Positions 34,606 to 43,681 of a stretch of DNA of 64,000 nucleotides are shown here, in pieces. The notes beneath the pieces are model-generated. The model searched no databases and was not told where the DNA came from. It saw nothing but the letters and a program-made list of their open reading frames with translations. Source of the DNA: an uncultured Parcubacteria group bacterium (GTDB lineage: Bacteria; Patescibacteriota; Patescibacteriia; UBA9934; CAMTUG01). The position numbers and the translations under genes are program-made. How positions within the stretch are numbered: the stretch's first letter is position 1; the number at the start of each line of letters is the position of its first letter. The stretch lies in assembly GCA_947084965.1 (NCBI GenBank), contig CAMTUG010000001.1, forward strand, positions 276,206-340,205, in the 5' to 3' direction.

Positions 34606-37128
34606 ATGCACGATAAGATCACCATCAAAGGCGCGCGCGAGCACAACCTAAAAAACATCTCGCTTGAGATGCCACGCAATAAACTTGTGTGCATCACCGG
34701 GCTTTCTGGATCAGGAAAGTCGAGTTTAGCGTTCGATACAATCTTTGCCGAAGGCCAGCGTCGTTACGTGGAGTCGTTGTCGGCCTACGCTCGGCAGTTT
34801 TTGGGACAGATGCAGAAGCCAGATGTCGATGAAATCGAAGGGTTATCCCCGGCGATTTCTATCGATCAAAAGGCGCATTCCGCCAACCCGCGTTCGACCG
34901 TGGCGACGATCACCGAAGTGTACGACTATCTGCGTGTGTTATTTGCGCGCGTCGGTCATCCCCACTGTCCCATCTGCAAGCGCGAGATTCAGAAGCTGAC
35001 CGTGGATGAGATGGTTGATTTGGTTATTGAAGAAAGTGGTAAGCAGAAAGGAGTAAGGACAGACACAAAAGGAAAGGAACTTCTCGTCCTGGCGCCGGTC
35101 GTGCGTGGTCGCAAAGGGAATTACTTTCAGTTGCTCTACGATCTTTATAACTCTGGGTTTGCTCGCGTCCGCATCGATGGCAAGGTTTTTTCTTTGTCCG
35201 AACGTATTGATCTCGCTCGATTTAAACAGCACACGATTGAAGTGATCGTCGACACGATCCCGGTGGTTGATCTTGCCACCAAGGAAGGTCGTCAGCGCTT
35301 GGCCGAAGCGATCGAAACGTCGATCAAGCACGGCGAAGATACGGTGCAAGTCATCTTCCCTGACAAAACTGAGCGCTTACTGTCAGCTAAGTTTTCTTGT
35401 CCGGATGATGGATTCTCGTTCCCGGAAATCGAACCGCGCCTGTTCAGTTTCAACTCACCGTATGGAGCCTGTCCTGATTGCACCGGGCTCGGCACGAAGG
35501 AGCTTTTTTCTGAGGACCTGTGCCCGAGCTGTCTTGGGATGCGTCTGCGTCGCGAATCGATGTTCGTGTGGCTTCCAGGTAATCGCTCGATTGTGGACGT
35601 GACGTTCATGTCGATAGACGAAGCGGTCAAATACTTTGATGAACTGACACTTAGCGAAAAGGAGATGGAGATCGCCACGACGATCTTAAAAGAGATCCGC
35701 AATCGTTTGCAATTCATGCTTTCGGTCGGGTTGCACTATCTGACACTCAATCGTATGGCTGGAACGCTTTCGGGTGGAGAAGCACAGCGTATTCGTTTGG
35801 CTTCACAAGTTGGAACGCGCCTGACAGGAGCGATGTATGTCCTTGATGAACCGACGATCGGCCTGCATCAGCGCGATAACGAACGGTTAATCGAAACGCT
35901 TCTCGAACTGCGCGACTTGGGCAACACCGTGATCGTTGTCGAACATGATGAAGACACGATTCGCGCTTCGGATTACATGATCGAAATCGGTCCGGGTGCT
36001 GGCGTCCACGGTGGGAATGTCATGGCGAGCGGCACCGTGCCGGAGATTTTTAAGGATAAAAAGTCGTTGACGGCGGCCTATTTGCGCGGGGACAAAAAGA
36101 TCCCAGTTCCAGAAAAGCGCCGCGCGCCGGGGCATGATGCGATCAGGATCCAGGGAGCGAAAGAAAATAACTTGAAGAATATCGACGTGGAAATTCCATT
36201 GCGTCGGTTTGTCTGCATCACCGGCGTCTCTGGTTCAGGGAAGTCGTCGTTGACCCGCGATATTTTGTATCGCGAACTGTCGCGTCGTTTGTACAGCTCG
36301 CGCGAAAAGCCTGGGGAGCACAAAGCCGTATTCGGAACGGATTACATCGATAAGTGTATTCTTGTGGACCAGTCAGCGATCGGCCGCACGCCGCGTTCAA
36401 ATCCAGCGACCTACACCGGTGCCTGGGGCCCGATTCGCGATATCTTTGCTGCTACGGCTGAAGCACGCTACCGCGGCTACAAGCCAGGACGGTTTAGTTT
36501 TAACACTCCGGGTGGACGCTGTGAAAACTGCGAAGGTCACGGGCTAATCGCCATTGAAATGCACTTCTTGCCAACGGTCTATGTGACCTGCGAGGTCTGC
36601 AAGGGCAAGCGCTTTGATCGTGAAACACTCGAGATCGAGTTCAAAGAAAAAAATATTCACGATATTTTGGAGATGACGATCGAAGAAGCCGAAGTTTTTT
36701 TCCGCGAGATTCCGTTGGTGCACGACAAACTCAAGACGCTCGTTGAAGTCGGACTCGGTTATCTGAAAGTCGGTCAAGGGGCGCCAACGCTTTCCGGTGG
36801 GGAAGCACAGCGTGTTAAACTCGCGGCGGAATTATCAAAGCGCCAAACGGGGCGGACGTTATATTTGCTCGATGAGCCGACGACCGGTCTGCACTTCGAG
36901 GACGTTAAGAATCTTCTGGAGGTGTTGCACAAGTTAGTCGATAAAGGAAATTCCGTCTTGGTGATCGAACACAACTTGGACGTGATCAAAACCGCGGACT
37001 GGATTATCGACCTCGGCCCCGAGGGGGGCGATCGCGGGGGCGAATTGGTTGCCTTCGGCACACCAGAAGATATTGTGCGATCTGCGCGATCGCACACGGG
37101 ACGCTATTTGAAGAAGTATCTAGCTTAG
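34606..37128 (+). CDS. uvrA: Excinuclease ABC subunit A (short form, 841 aa)
   Basis: Two ABC modules (GLSGSGKSS / GVSGSGKSS, two LSGGE signatures), zinc-finger Cys pairs. Confidence 0.9.
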   Translation: MHDKITIKGAREHNLKNISLEMPRNKLVCITGLSGSGKSSLAFDTIFAEGQRRYVESLSAYARQFLGQMQKPDVDEIEGLSPAISIDQKAHSANPRSTVATITEVYDYLRVLFARVGHPHCPICKREIQKLTVDEMVDLVIEESGKQKGVRTDTKGKELLVLAPVVRGRKGNYFQLLYDLYNSGFARVRIDGKVFSLSERIDLARFKQHTIEVIVDTIPVVDLATKEGRQRLAEAIETSIKHGEDTVQVIFPDKTERLLSAKFSCPDDGFSFPEIEPRLFSFNSPYGACPDCTGLGTKELFSEDLCPSCLGMRLRRESMFVWLPGNRSIVDVTFMSIDEAVKYFDELTLSEKEMEIATTILKEIRNRLQFMLSVGLHYLTLNRMAGTLSGGEAQRIRLASQVGTRLTGAMYVLDEPTIGLHQRDNERLIETLLELRDLGNTVIVVEHDEDTIRASDYMIEIGPGAGVHGGNVMASGTVPEIFKDKKSLTAAYLRGDKKIPVPEKRRAPGHDAIRIQGAKENNLKNIDVEIPLRRFVCITGVSGSGKSSLTRDILYRELSRRLYSSREKPGEHKAVFGTDYIDKCILVDQSAIGRTPRSNPATYTGAWGPIRDIFAATAEARYRGYKPGRFSFNTPGGRCENCEGHGLIAIEMHFLPTVYVTCEVCKGKRFDRETLEIEFKEKNIHDILEMTIEEAEVFFREIPLVHDKLKTLVEVGLGYLKVGQGAPTLSGGEAQRVKLAAELSKRQTGRTLYLLDEPTTGLHFEDVKNLLEVLHKLVDKGNSVLVIEHNLDVIKTADWIIDLGPEGGDRGGELVAFGTPEDIVRSARSHTGRYLKKYLA

Positions 37129-37340
37129 CAACGTCGGCGGCGGAGGTGCGAGCTGACGAGTTCTCTTTTCGCGCGCAGTCGTGTCCTTTCTTAGAGACGA
37201 GCACGAAAAGAGTGTCAGCGAGACCGAGTACGACGACGTTTGGTCGCCCTCTCCACGCGCTTCGCAGAATCCCGCCGCGACATAGATTCTTGGCCATTAA
37301 TGTCGCGGACGTGATCCTGCTTCGCGGTGGATCGGGCGAC

Positions 37341-37736
37341 TTAGCTCGTTTTTGCTTTGTGCTTGAGCATTGTTTTGTGTCTTTCCGGCAGCGATTGCCA
37401 GAACAGAGCGATCGTTCCGGTGGCGAGTCCGATGTCGCGGACAGTAATTTCGTTGATACCAGAAACAATCAGAATGCCGACGAGATGCACGGTGGCGAGA
37501 AGGGCGACGACCCACGGCAACAGGTTGATGAGCATCATGAATCCGAGGATGATATCAAAAACCGCTGTGCCGAGAATCGTTTGCACCGGATCGATTGGGA
37601 TCAGTTCACGCACCCAAGGATTGATGAACGCGGCCCAAGTTTGTGGATCGCGGAAGATCAACACCCCGATCCAGATAAAGGTGATCCCCATCCCGACCCG
37701 CAAGATGTGATACGACGCGTTTGGTTTACCGTCCAT
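37341..37736 (-). CDS. DoxX-family membrane protein
   Basis: 4-TM DoxX-like small membrane protein. Confidence 0.55.
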   Translation of the reverse strand: MDGKPNASYHILRVGMGITFIWIGVLIFRDPQTWAAFINPWVRELIPIDPVQTILGTAVFDIILGFMMLINLLPWVVALLATVHLVGILIVSGINEITVRDIGLATGTIALFWQSLPERHKTMLKHKAKTS

Positions 37737-37742
37737 AATATG

Positions 37743-38177
37743 TTAGATGCGTGAAGTTAGAGCGGCGACGTCAAAGCCGCTGATGATAATGATCAGAGCC
37801 ATCAGACCGACGGTGAGCGAAGACATCAAGCACCAAAAGCACCAGTGTTTGACAATCTTCCATTGGATAAAGATGAGGACGAGCGACATGATCGCCGAGC
37901 CACCGACCATGAGTATCAGAAGTTTATTCCACAGATCTGTTGGTCCAACTTGGACGACGAACAGGCCGGAGATGATGCAGACGGCGACATAAAACCCAAA
38001 TCCGAGGATGTCGTTATGCACCCCGAACATACGGTTATACTTGCTTTCCAGGACCGCACGGCATCCGCCGCCGATCGGGCAGACCGGTTTCTCAGATGCG
38101 TAGCGTTTCTCGATAAGGTATGCTGTTTCTGCGATCCCGAACGCGGCCAGGGTGAAAAGAAGGGCGAGTGATGTCAT
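37743..38177 (-). CDS. Vitamin K epoxide reductase (VKOR)-family protein
   Basis: CPIGGGC loop cysteines and CFWC active-site CxxC within a TM helix. Confidence 0.65.
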   Translation of the reverse strand: MTSLALLFTLAAFGIAETAYLIEKRYASEKPVCPIGGGCRAVLESKYNRMFGVHNDILGFGFYVAVCIISGLFVVQVGPTDLWNKLLILMVGGSAIMSLVLIFIQWKIVKHWCFWCLMSSLTVGLMALIIIISGFDVAALTSRI

Positions 38178-38197
38178 AATGGGCTTATTGTAACACT

Positions 38198-38635
38198 ATG
38201 GAAGATGTACGAAAACTCGTGACCGAAGTTCTTGATGCTGGCTATTTGATGAGTTTAGCAACGATCGATGCATCCGGAGCGTGGGCGAGTGTCGTCGTTT
38301 TTATCCACGATGCGGATTTTAATTTGTACTGGTTGTCTCTCCCAACGCGCCGTCATTCCGTTGCTGTTGAGAACGATCCCCGTGCCGCGGCGACGATCAC
38401 GTTGGCTCAAAAACATGGCGACGAAAAAATCGGTTTGCAAGTTTCTGGTCGTGCGGAGCGACTCAGTTCTGCTCCAGCGGAGATCGTGGAAGCATATGGG
38501 CGTCGCATGCAAAAGACCTCGATCGACGGACAAGTTTTCGCGCCGGGTCAAGCTTGGTACGTCCTTCGCCCAACAAAGATCGACCTTATCCATCAACCGC
38601 TCTTCGGGTACGAAAAAAAGTTTCTTGAGCTGTGA
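38198..38635 (+). CDS. Pyridoxamine 5'-phosphate oxidase-like FMN-binding split-barrel protein
   Basis: YLMSLATIDASGAWASVVVFIHD..NLYWLS pattern. Confidence 0.6.
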   Translation: MEDVRKLVTEVLDAGYLMSLATIDASGAWASVVVFIHDADFNLYWLSLPTRRHSVAVENDPRAAATITLAQKHGDEKIGLQVSGRAERLSSAPAEIVEAYGRRMQKTSIDGQVFAPGQAWYVLRPTKIDLIHQPLFGYEKKFLEL

Positions 38636-39627
38636 TTGAATTTGTTTCACAACGCGCTGTGAGTGATTGGCTCCAAGACCATGTTGCGAAGTCAAAGGTT
38701 GTGTTGAAGCCTCTAACCGGCGGATTGTTAAATCAAAACTTGTTGGCGGACGTCGGTGATTCTCGTGTGGTGGTAAAAGTTTACGACGTCATGATGGACA
38801 CAGTAAAGGTGAAAGAGCTTCATCGAATGCTTGCCCACGCAGTGAAGGACGGTATTCCCGTCGCTCAACCAATTTTGGAAGGAAAGATTGATCGTCATGT
38901 TGTGGCCGTCTATCCGTTTATCAATGGAAAGCACCCGCCGCGTTATCGAAATACGCAATCAAGGATTCGAACGATGGGTGCGATGCTTGGAAAGATCGAT
39001 ACTTCACTCGAGTCGTTTCACTCTAAGGTGGAGCAGACAGATCGAGCGAAGCTTTTGCTGAGAATTAATCCTGAACGTTTTTTGTCGGAGATCAAAGACG
39101 TGCGAGCTTCACTGCGGGGCAAGCCGTCGTCATTGCAACGCATCGTGCGAGAAAATCTTGATCGACTTCAGAGAATCGCGGAAACGCATGACTGGCTGGA
39201 GCAGGGGATGGATAAGCTCCCGTTGCGGATGTGTCACGGTGATTATCACATCAAAAATGTGTTGATGCGCGGCGAGGAGATTACGGCGGTCCTCGATTGG
39301 GATAAAGCCGGGAAGGACTGGCGTGGCTTCGAGATCATGCGTTCGGTGATGTTTAATTGTCGACGTGACGACTCACATTTAAGCTGGCCGTTGGTCGAAA
39401 CGTATCTCAAGAGCTACAAGCGTCACGCACCTGCGCTCAGTGAGCTCGAGAAAGTTCTGGTTTTTGAATGTGGATTTCGCCGCGCGTTGTTTTCTTTGTG
39501 GTCGGTCAAGCAATACATTGCCGGAGAACAGAGCGTAGTCAGTAACTTTATCCGTCGCGTGCATTTGTTTCAGTCACTGGCAGAACATCGTGCTGAATAC
39601 GCCGAACGCATCGCGAAGTTGCTTTGA
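38632..39627 (+). CDS. Aminoglycoside/choline-kinase-like phosphotransferase (APH family)
   Basis: Brenner motif HGDYHIKNVL and LDWDKAG (DFG-equivalent). Confidence 0.7.
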   Translation: MIEFVSQRAVSDWLQDHVAKSKVVLKPLTGGLLNQNLLADVGDSRVVVKVYDVMMDTVKVKELHRMLAHAVKDGIPVAQPILEGKIDRHVVAVYPFINGKHPPRYRNTQSRIRTMGAMLGKIDTSLESFHSKVEQTDRAKLLLRINPERFLSEIKDVRASLRGKPSSLQRIVRENLDRLQRIAETHDWLEQGMDKLPLRMCHGDYHIKNVLMRGEEITAVLDWDKAGKDWRGFEIMRSVMFNCRRDDSHLSWPLVETYLKSYKRHAPALSELEKVLVFECGFRRALFSLWSVKQYIAGEQSVVSNFIRRVHLFQSLAEHRAEYAERIAKLL

Positions 39628-39644
39628 TTGTGCACAATTTACAA

Positions 39645-39673
39645 TTGACAAATGGAGTTTTTTCTGGTTAAAT
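39645..39673 (+). promoter_or_regulatory. Near-consensus sigma70 promoter (TTGACA-17-TTAAAT) driving the candidate ncRNA
   Basis: Hexamers read directly. Confidence 0.45.
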
Positions 39674-39679
39674 AGAGTG

Positions 39680-39944
39680 ACAATAAGGTAGTAGGGTGCA
39701 AAGGAAGACCCTCGAAATCATTTGATGATCTCGGGGGATTTTGTTTGTCGAGACTTGGGATCCGTGGGCCCTGATACGGTTATCCTGCTGAACCTCATCA
39801 ATTCGGCACGAGGGGTTCGACTCCCCTAGGGTCCACGGCTTCAGGTCTTGACCAAATGTCACTTTTTCTAGTAGGTTTAAATCGATGAGGTTCAGCTGAT
39901 GATACCTATCAGAAACAAAACAGAGCGCAATGGCGCTCTGTTTT
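39680..39944 (+). ncRNA. Candidate structured ncRNA (~265 nt) with a tRNA-like acceptor/T-arm module. Identity unresolved (tmRNA-like, tRNA-derived or novel)
   Basis: Promoter upstream and a strong terminator at 39917-39944 (aaaacagagcgc-aatg-gcgctctgtttt). A perfect T-arm AGGGG-TTCGACT-CCCCT is followed by the acceptor 3' strand AGGGTCC; the 5' strand GGGCCCT (39766-39772) pairs with it. A 13-nt long-range inverted repeat (gctgaacctcatc at 39787-39799, gatgaggttcagc at 39884-39896) is present, plus several local hairpins. Confidence 0.35.
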
Positions 39945-39968
39945 GCAACTCCGTGATAAAATAGTTTC

Positions 39969-41294
39969 ATGATTCCCAAATTCATCACCACCAAAAACGC
40001 TGAGCTTCCGGATAATCCGGGGGTGTATTTTTACTATGATACGAAAGGGAAGTTGCTGTACATCGGCAAGGCGACGAGTTTGAAAAAACGCGTGGGATCA
40101 TATTTCACCAAAGCGCATGATAATCGCATCGCCGATTTGGTAACGAAGATTGCGCGGATTGATTACATCGAAACACCGACCGTTATCGAAGCGCTAGTGC
40201 TTGAAGCGAATCAGATCAAAGCGCATACGCCGCCGTACAATGTTTTGCAGCGCGATGACAAAAGTTTTCTGTATGTGGCGATCACCAATGAAGACTTTCC
40301 CAAGCCGACGTTGCTTCGCGGGTTGGAGTTGCAGCGCATGGGAGTTGATCCGTTTGCGCCGACGCTCTCGCTCAAAGCCAAGCGCAAGTTCAAGGCGATT
40401 TATGGTCCGTACACCAGCGGGCATTCGTTGAAGATCGCTCTCGATCTGATTCGTAAGAGCATTCCTTGGACAACCTGTGAACCGCCAGAAGTGACGGGAG
40501 TAGCCAAAGCCTGTTTTTATCGCCACCTTGGCCAGTGTCCAGGAGTTTGTACAGGAGAGATCACCAAGCGTGATTATGCGAAGATTATTCGCAGTCTGAT
40601 GCTGTTTTTTGAGGGCAAAAAGGAACAGATCATACGCCAGATGCGTCGGGAGATGAAGTCTGCGGCGAATGATTTAGATTTTGAACGCGCCGCGGAATTG
40701 AAGCGTAAGACTTTCGCGTTAACGCATATTCAAGACGTGGCGTTGGTGAGTCACGAAGAGCCGTTGCCGTACAATCGCGAGTCGAAGCCGTACATTGATA
40801 TTCTCGGGCGCATCGAAGCGTACGACATCAGTAATATTTCTGGCACCTCCGCAGTTGGATCGATGGTTGTGTTTGATGACGGGAAGCCAGCCAAACAGCA
40901 CTATCGCAAGTTTAAAATCAAAACCGTGGTTGGCGCGAACGACGTGGCGTGTTTAGAGGAGGTGATGCGTCGTCGTTTGGCGCGTGCGGAGCTGCAGCCA
41001 AAAGCTTGGCCGTTGCCAGAGCTGATGGTGATTGATGGCGGCAAGCCGCAAGTCAATCGGGTGCAAGAAGTGCTCGATGAGTTGCAGGTTGCACTGCCGA
41101 TTGTTGGGCTGGCCAAAGGATTTGATCGCAAGCAGGACGTGTTGATTTTTGATCCTGCCAATCGCGAGTTAAAGCGTGTCGTCGAAACGAACAAAGAGAT
41201 CCTCCAGCGCGCCCGCGACGAAGCGCATCGCTTTGCTATCAGCTACCATCGTAAACTACGAGGAAAACGCTCATTATTGGGCCCTCATACTTGA
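39969..41294 (+). CDS. uvrC: Excinuclease ABC subunit C (short form, 441 aa, lacks C-terminal HhH region)
   Basis: GIY-YIG N-terminus (GVYFYYDTKGKLLYIGKATSLKKR), Cys-rich region, UVR domain, RNase H-like endonuclease domain. Confidence 0.85.
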   Translation: MIPKFITTKNAELPDNPGVYFYYDTKGKLLYIGKATSLKKRVGSYFTKAHDNRIADLVTKIARIDYIETPTVIEALVLEANQIKAHTPPYNVLQRDDKSFLYVAITNEDFPKPTLLRGLELQRMGVDPFAPTLSLKAKRKFKAIYGPYTSGHSLKIALDLIRKSIPWTTCEPPEVTGVAKACFYRHLGQCPGVCTGEITKRDYAKIIRSLMLFFEGKKEQIIRQMRREMKSAANDLDFERAAELKRKTFALTHIQDVALVSHEEPLPYNRESKPYIDILGRIEAYDISNISGTSAVGSMVVFDDGKPAKQHYRKFKIKTVVGANDVACLEEVMRRRLARAELQPKAWPLPELMVIDGGKPQVNRVQEVLDELQVALPIVGLAKGFDRKQDVLIFDPANRELKRVVETNKEILQRARDEAHRFAISYHRKLRGKRSLLGPHT

Positions 41295-41319
41295 CAGGGA
41301 TCGATTTTTGCTTTATCTT
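41291..41319 (+). promoter_or_regulatory. Putative sigma70 promoter of cassette gene (TTGACA-17-TATCTT), overlapping the uvrC stop
   Basis: Read directly. Confidence 0.4.
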
Positions 41320-41343
41320 TACCCTCCACCCCAAGGAGTCTCA

Positions 41344-41688
41344 ATGTCCGAGTCCGTCACCGCCTTCCGTCCCGATCCGGCCAAGATCTACGAGATCACG
41401 CTCCTCGAGGGCGACGTGGATCAGATCTGGAACCTCGCCCACGAAGGGGGTCGTTCGATCCTGCTTCTCGTGCGAGACCAGGCCGATCCCGCCGCGCCCG
41501 AGCAGGGGCTCTCCCTCATCCTCTACTCCGTCGCCTGGGAGGGCGGCGACAAGGAAAACCACCCGAACGAGGTCGTCGTCCGCGGCCGCATCCACGGCCG
41601 TACCGCGGACGAGCCGAACCCGGTGATCGGGTTTTGCTGGGACGACAAGTCCCGGACCGGTCTCCTCAACGTGGTCCTCCCGGTCTAG
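41344..41688 (+). CDS. Hypothetical 114-aa protein, extreme GC3 (cassette gene)
   Basis: AAGGAG SD 5 nt upstream of ATG 41344. G/C-ending codons dominate. Followed by terminator 41744-41802. Confidence 0.6.
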   Translation: MSESVTAFRPDPAKIYEITLLEGDVDQIWNLAHEGGRSILLLVRDQADPAAPEQGLSLILYSVAWEGGDKENHPNEVVVRGRIHGRTADEPNPVIGFCWDDKSRTGLLNVVLPV

Positions 41689-41743
41689 ACGTCCGGGCCT
41701 CGCCCTGCACGTCCGACCGGCTGCGATTCTCGCACCCGCCCCG

Positions 41744-41802
41744 GCATGAGCCCCTCGCTCACACTGCCGCGGTGGGTGCTCATGCTTTTATCGTCTTTTT
41801 TT
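41744..41802 (+). terminator. Rho-independent terminator of cassette gene
   Basis: gcatgagc...gctcatgc stem followed by ttttatcgtcttttttt. Confidence 0.55.
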
Positions 41803-41804
41803 GA

Positions 41805-42983
41805 ATGCCGTGTTACATTGTCCCTACTATGAAACATTATCTTTCTGGTCCGTTATTTTTGGGACTTATCGTGACTATGGGCTTTATTCCAATGTCGGTT
41901 TGGGCGGCGAGTGCCTGGCCGGCGTCCACGCAAGGGACGAGTATTGGCGGAGGGTTTGCGGGGATGACTCCGGCATTTGAACCGAGTGGGATTGAATGGT
42001 TGAGTGGGCGTTCTCAATTTGTCGTGGTCGGGGACGAAGGTCAGGTGGCGACGATGAATGCGGACGGAAGTGCTGCCAAGGTCTGGGATCTCGGTCGCAG
42101 CTATGACTTAGAAGGGGTCGCCGTAGCAGATGGGAATTCGAGCCGCGTCTATCTACTCGATGAAAACACCAGCTCGGCATTGGAGTTTGATTTGACGACC
42201 GGAACGCTGACCGGAAAAGTTTGGAGCTTTGCTGACAAACTTTCTGAAATCGACGGTTCTGGAGCGGAAGCTCTCGCTTATGCCAACGGCGCTTTCTATG
42301 TTGGCTGGCAGTACGACGGCGACATTTACGTCTATCCCGCAGATTTGGCGGTTAGTGGCTCGCAAGTTTTTGAACGCGAAATTCACATGACCTCTGGATA
42401 CGTTGATCTTGCTGGACTCACCTACAACAGCGACACCCAAAGACTCTACGCGCTATATGACGGGCTTAACTTGATCGAAGAGCGCTCGCTTAGTGGGGAA
42501 TTGCTCGCTTCCTACACAGCCCCTGGTGTGAATCAGGAGGGTATTGCTTTTGTGAACAACTGCGCTGGATCAAATGCAACGGTGGCGATCGCGGAAGATT
42601 CGGGGAATGTGGTGAGTTACGCGGGGTATCCGATCTCCTGTATTTCTCCGGCCCCAGCTCCTGCCCCTGCACCAGAACCTACGCCAGAGCCAACCCCGGA
42701 GCCAGCTCCTGAACCAGAGCTCATTACGATCACCTCCGTTTCCGGCGTGCGCGATGGGGACATTCTCGTTGCTTACTCCGACGGATCAACGGTGCGTTAC
42801 TCGATCTGGAGCAAAACAACTCGCACCAAGACCTCTGTTCAGCCGCTCACAGATCCGACCCATTACTTAGTGATCCTTGGGAAACAGGTCGCGGTCGTTG
42901 ATGCGATGGATGGTACGATTCTTGGTACGCGCAGCAAACCGCGATCCTCGTCAGTGCTGTACAGCTGGGCCAATTCGTTCTAA
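41805..42983 (+). CDS. Secreted hypothetical protein with beta-propeller-like N-domain, (PAPAPEPTPEP) linker and C-terminal domain
   Basis: Signal peptide, Pro/Ala/Glu linker. Alternative start at 41829. Confidence 0.45.
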   Translation: MPCYIVPTMKHYLSGPLFLGLIVTMGFIPMSVWAASAWPASTQGTSIGGGFAGMTPAFEPSGIEWLSGRSQFVVVGDEGQVATMNADGSAAKVWDLGRSYDLEGVAVADGNSSRVYLLDENTSSALEFDLTTGTLTGKVWSFADKLSEIDGSGAEALAYANGAFYVGWQYDGDIYVYPADLAVSGSQVFEREIHMTSGYVDLAGLTYNSDTQRLYALYDGLNLIEERSLSGELLASYTAPGVNQEGIAFVNNCAGSNATVAIAEDSGNVVSYAGYPISCISPAPAPAPAPEPTPEPTPEPAPEPELITITSVSGVRDGDILVAYSDGSTVRYSIWSKTTRTKTSVQPLTDPTHYLVILGKQVAVVDAMDGTILGTRSKPRSSSVLYSWANSF

Positions 42984-43011
42984 AGAAATTCAAGAGAAAC
43001 AAATCCGGCTC

Positions 43012-43045
43012 ACGGGGCCGGATTTGTGTTTTGGAGTTATCCACA
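43012..43045 (+). terminator. Rho-independent terminator
   Basis: aatccggc-tcacgggg-gccggatt followed by tgtgttttgg. Confidence 0.6.
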
Positions 43046-43074
43046 TTTTGCAACTTTTCTAAGGGAAAAAGGTG

Positions 43075-43103
43075 TTGACGCGTGTCACTGAGTGGAATAG
43101 AAT
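43075..43103 (+). promoter_or_regulatory. dcw-type promoter upstream of mraZ (TTGACG-17-TAGAAT), with a ~145-nt leader carrying GTGGG(G) direct repeats (candidate MraZ boxes)
   Basis: Hexamers read directly. GTGGG at 43122 and GTGGGG at 43133 are spaced ~10 nt apart; a third GTGGGG is at 43189. Confidence 0.5.
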
Positions 43104-43247
43104 GGGGTTACAGGGAACGAAGTGGGTAACTGTGGGGAAGGTCGATCAACGCGTCGGCGTCCTCATTTTTATTCTCCTGTGGGGTACAAAGCAATCGCAA
43201 AACAAAAACAAAAAGTGCCTGCTAAGTAACGTGACCGTGAGTCCACT

Positions 43248-43679
43248 ATGTTTCTCGGAGAATATCATCACTCCATAGACGAGAAAGGCCGACTGGCAGT
43301 GCCAGTGAAGTTTCGGGCTGACTTGTCGAAGGGGGCGGTGATCACTCGGGGACTCGACGGCGCGTTATTCTTGTTTCCCCAGGAGGAGTGGGGAAAGCTT
43401 GCAGAGAAATTGGCAAGCTTGCCCTTGGGGCGAGCAAACTCACGTGCATTCGCCCGGCTCATGCTTGCGGGCGCAATGGACGCTTCACTCGATAAACAAG
43501 GCCGCGTCGTCGTCCCCGAGTTCCTCCGGGAGTATGCGGGTATTGCCAAAACGGTGGTAATCGCTGGTCTCTATAACCGTCTGGAAATTTGGGATGAAGC
43601 GAAGTGGGCTTTATACAAAACCGAAACAGAAGGGGAGGCAGGCGGGATTGCAGAACAGTTGGGTGAGCTTGGGCTCTAG
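43248..43679 (+). CDS. mraZ: Transcriptional regulator MraZ
   Basis: MFLGEYHHSIDEKGRLAVPVKFR..., two MraZ repeats, 143 aa. Confidence 0.85.
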   Translation: MFLGEYHHSIDEKGRLAVPVKFRADLSKGAVITRGLDGALFLFPQEEWGKLAEKLASLPLGRANSRAFARLMLAGAMDASLDKQGRVVVPEFLREYAGIAKTVVIAGLYNRLEIWDEAKWALYKTETEGEAGGIAEQLGELGL

Positions 43680-43681
43680 CT

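Noticed and set aside
39645-39950. Calling the candidate ncRNA a tmRNA (ssrA)
   Set aside because: The 5' acceptor strand and T-arm are only 38 nt apart, there is no tag-peptide reading frame ending in ...AA-stop, the order is wrong for a permuted tmRNA, and the length is ~100 nt short. It is kept only as an unresolved tRNA-like ncRNA candidate.
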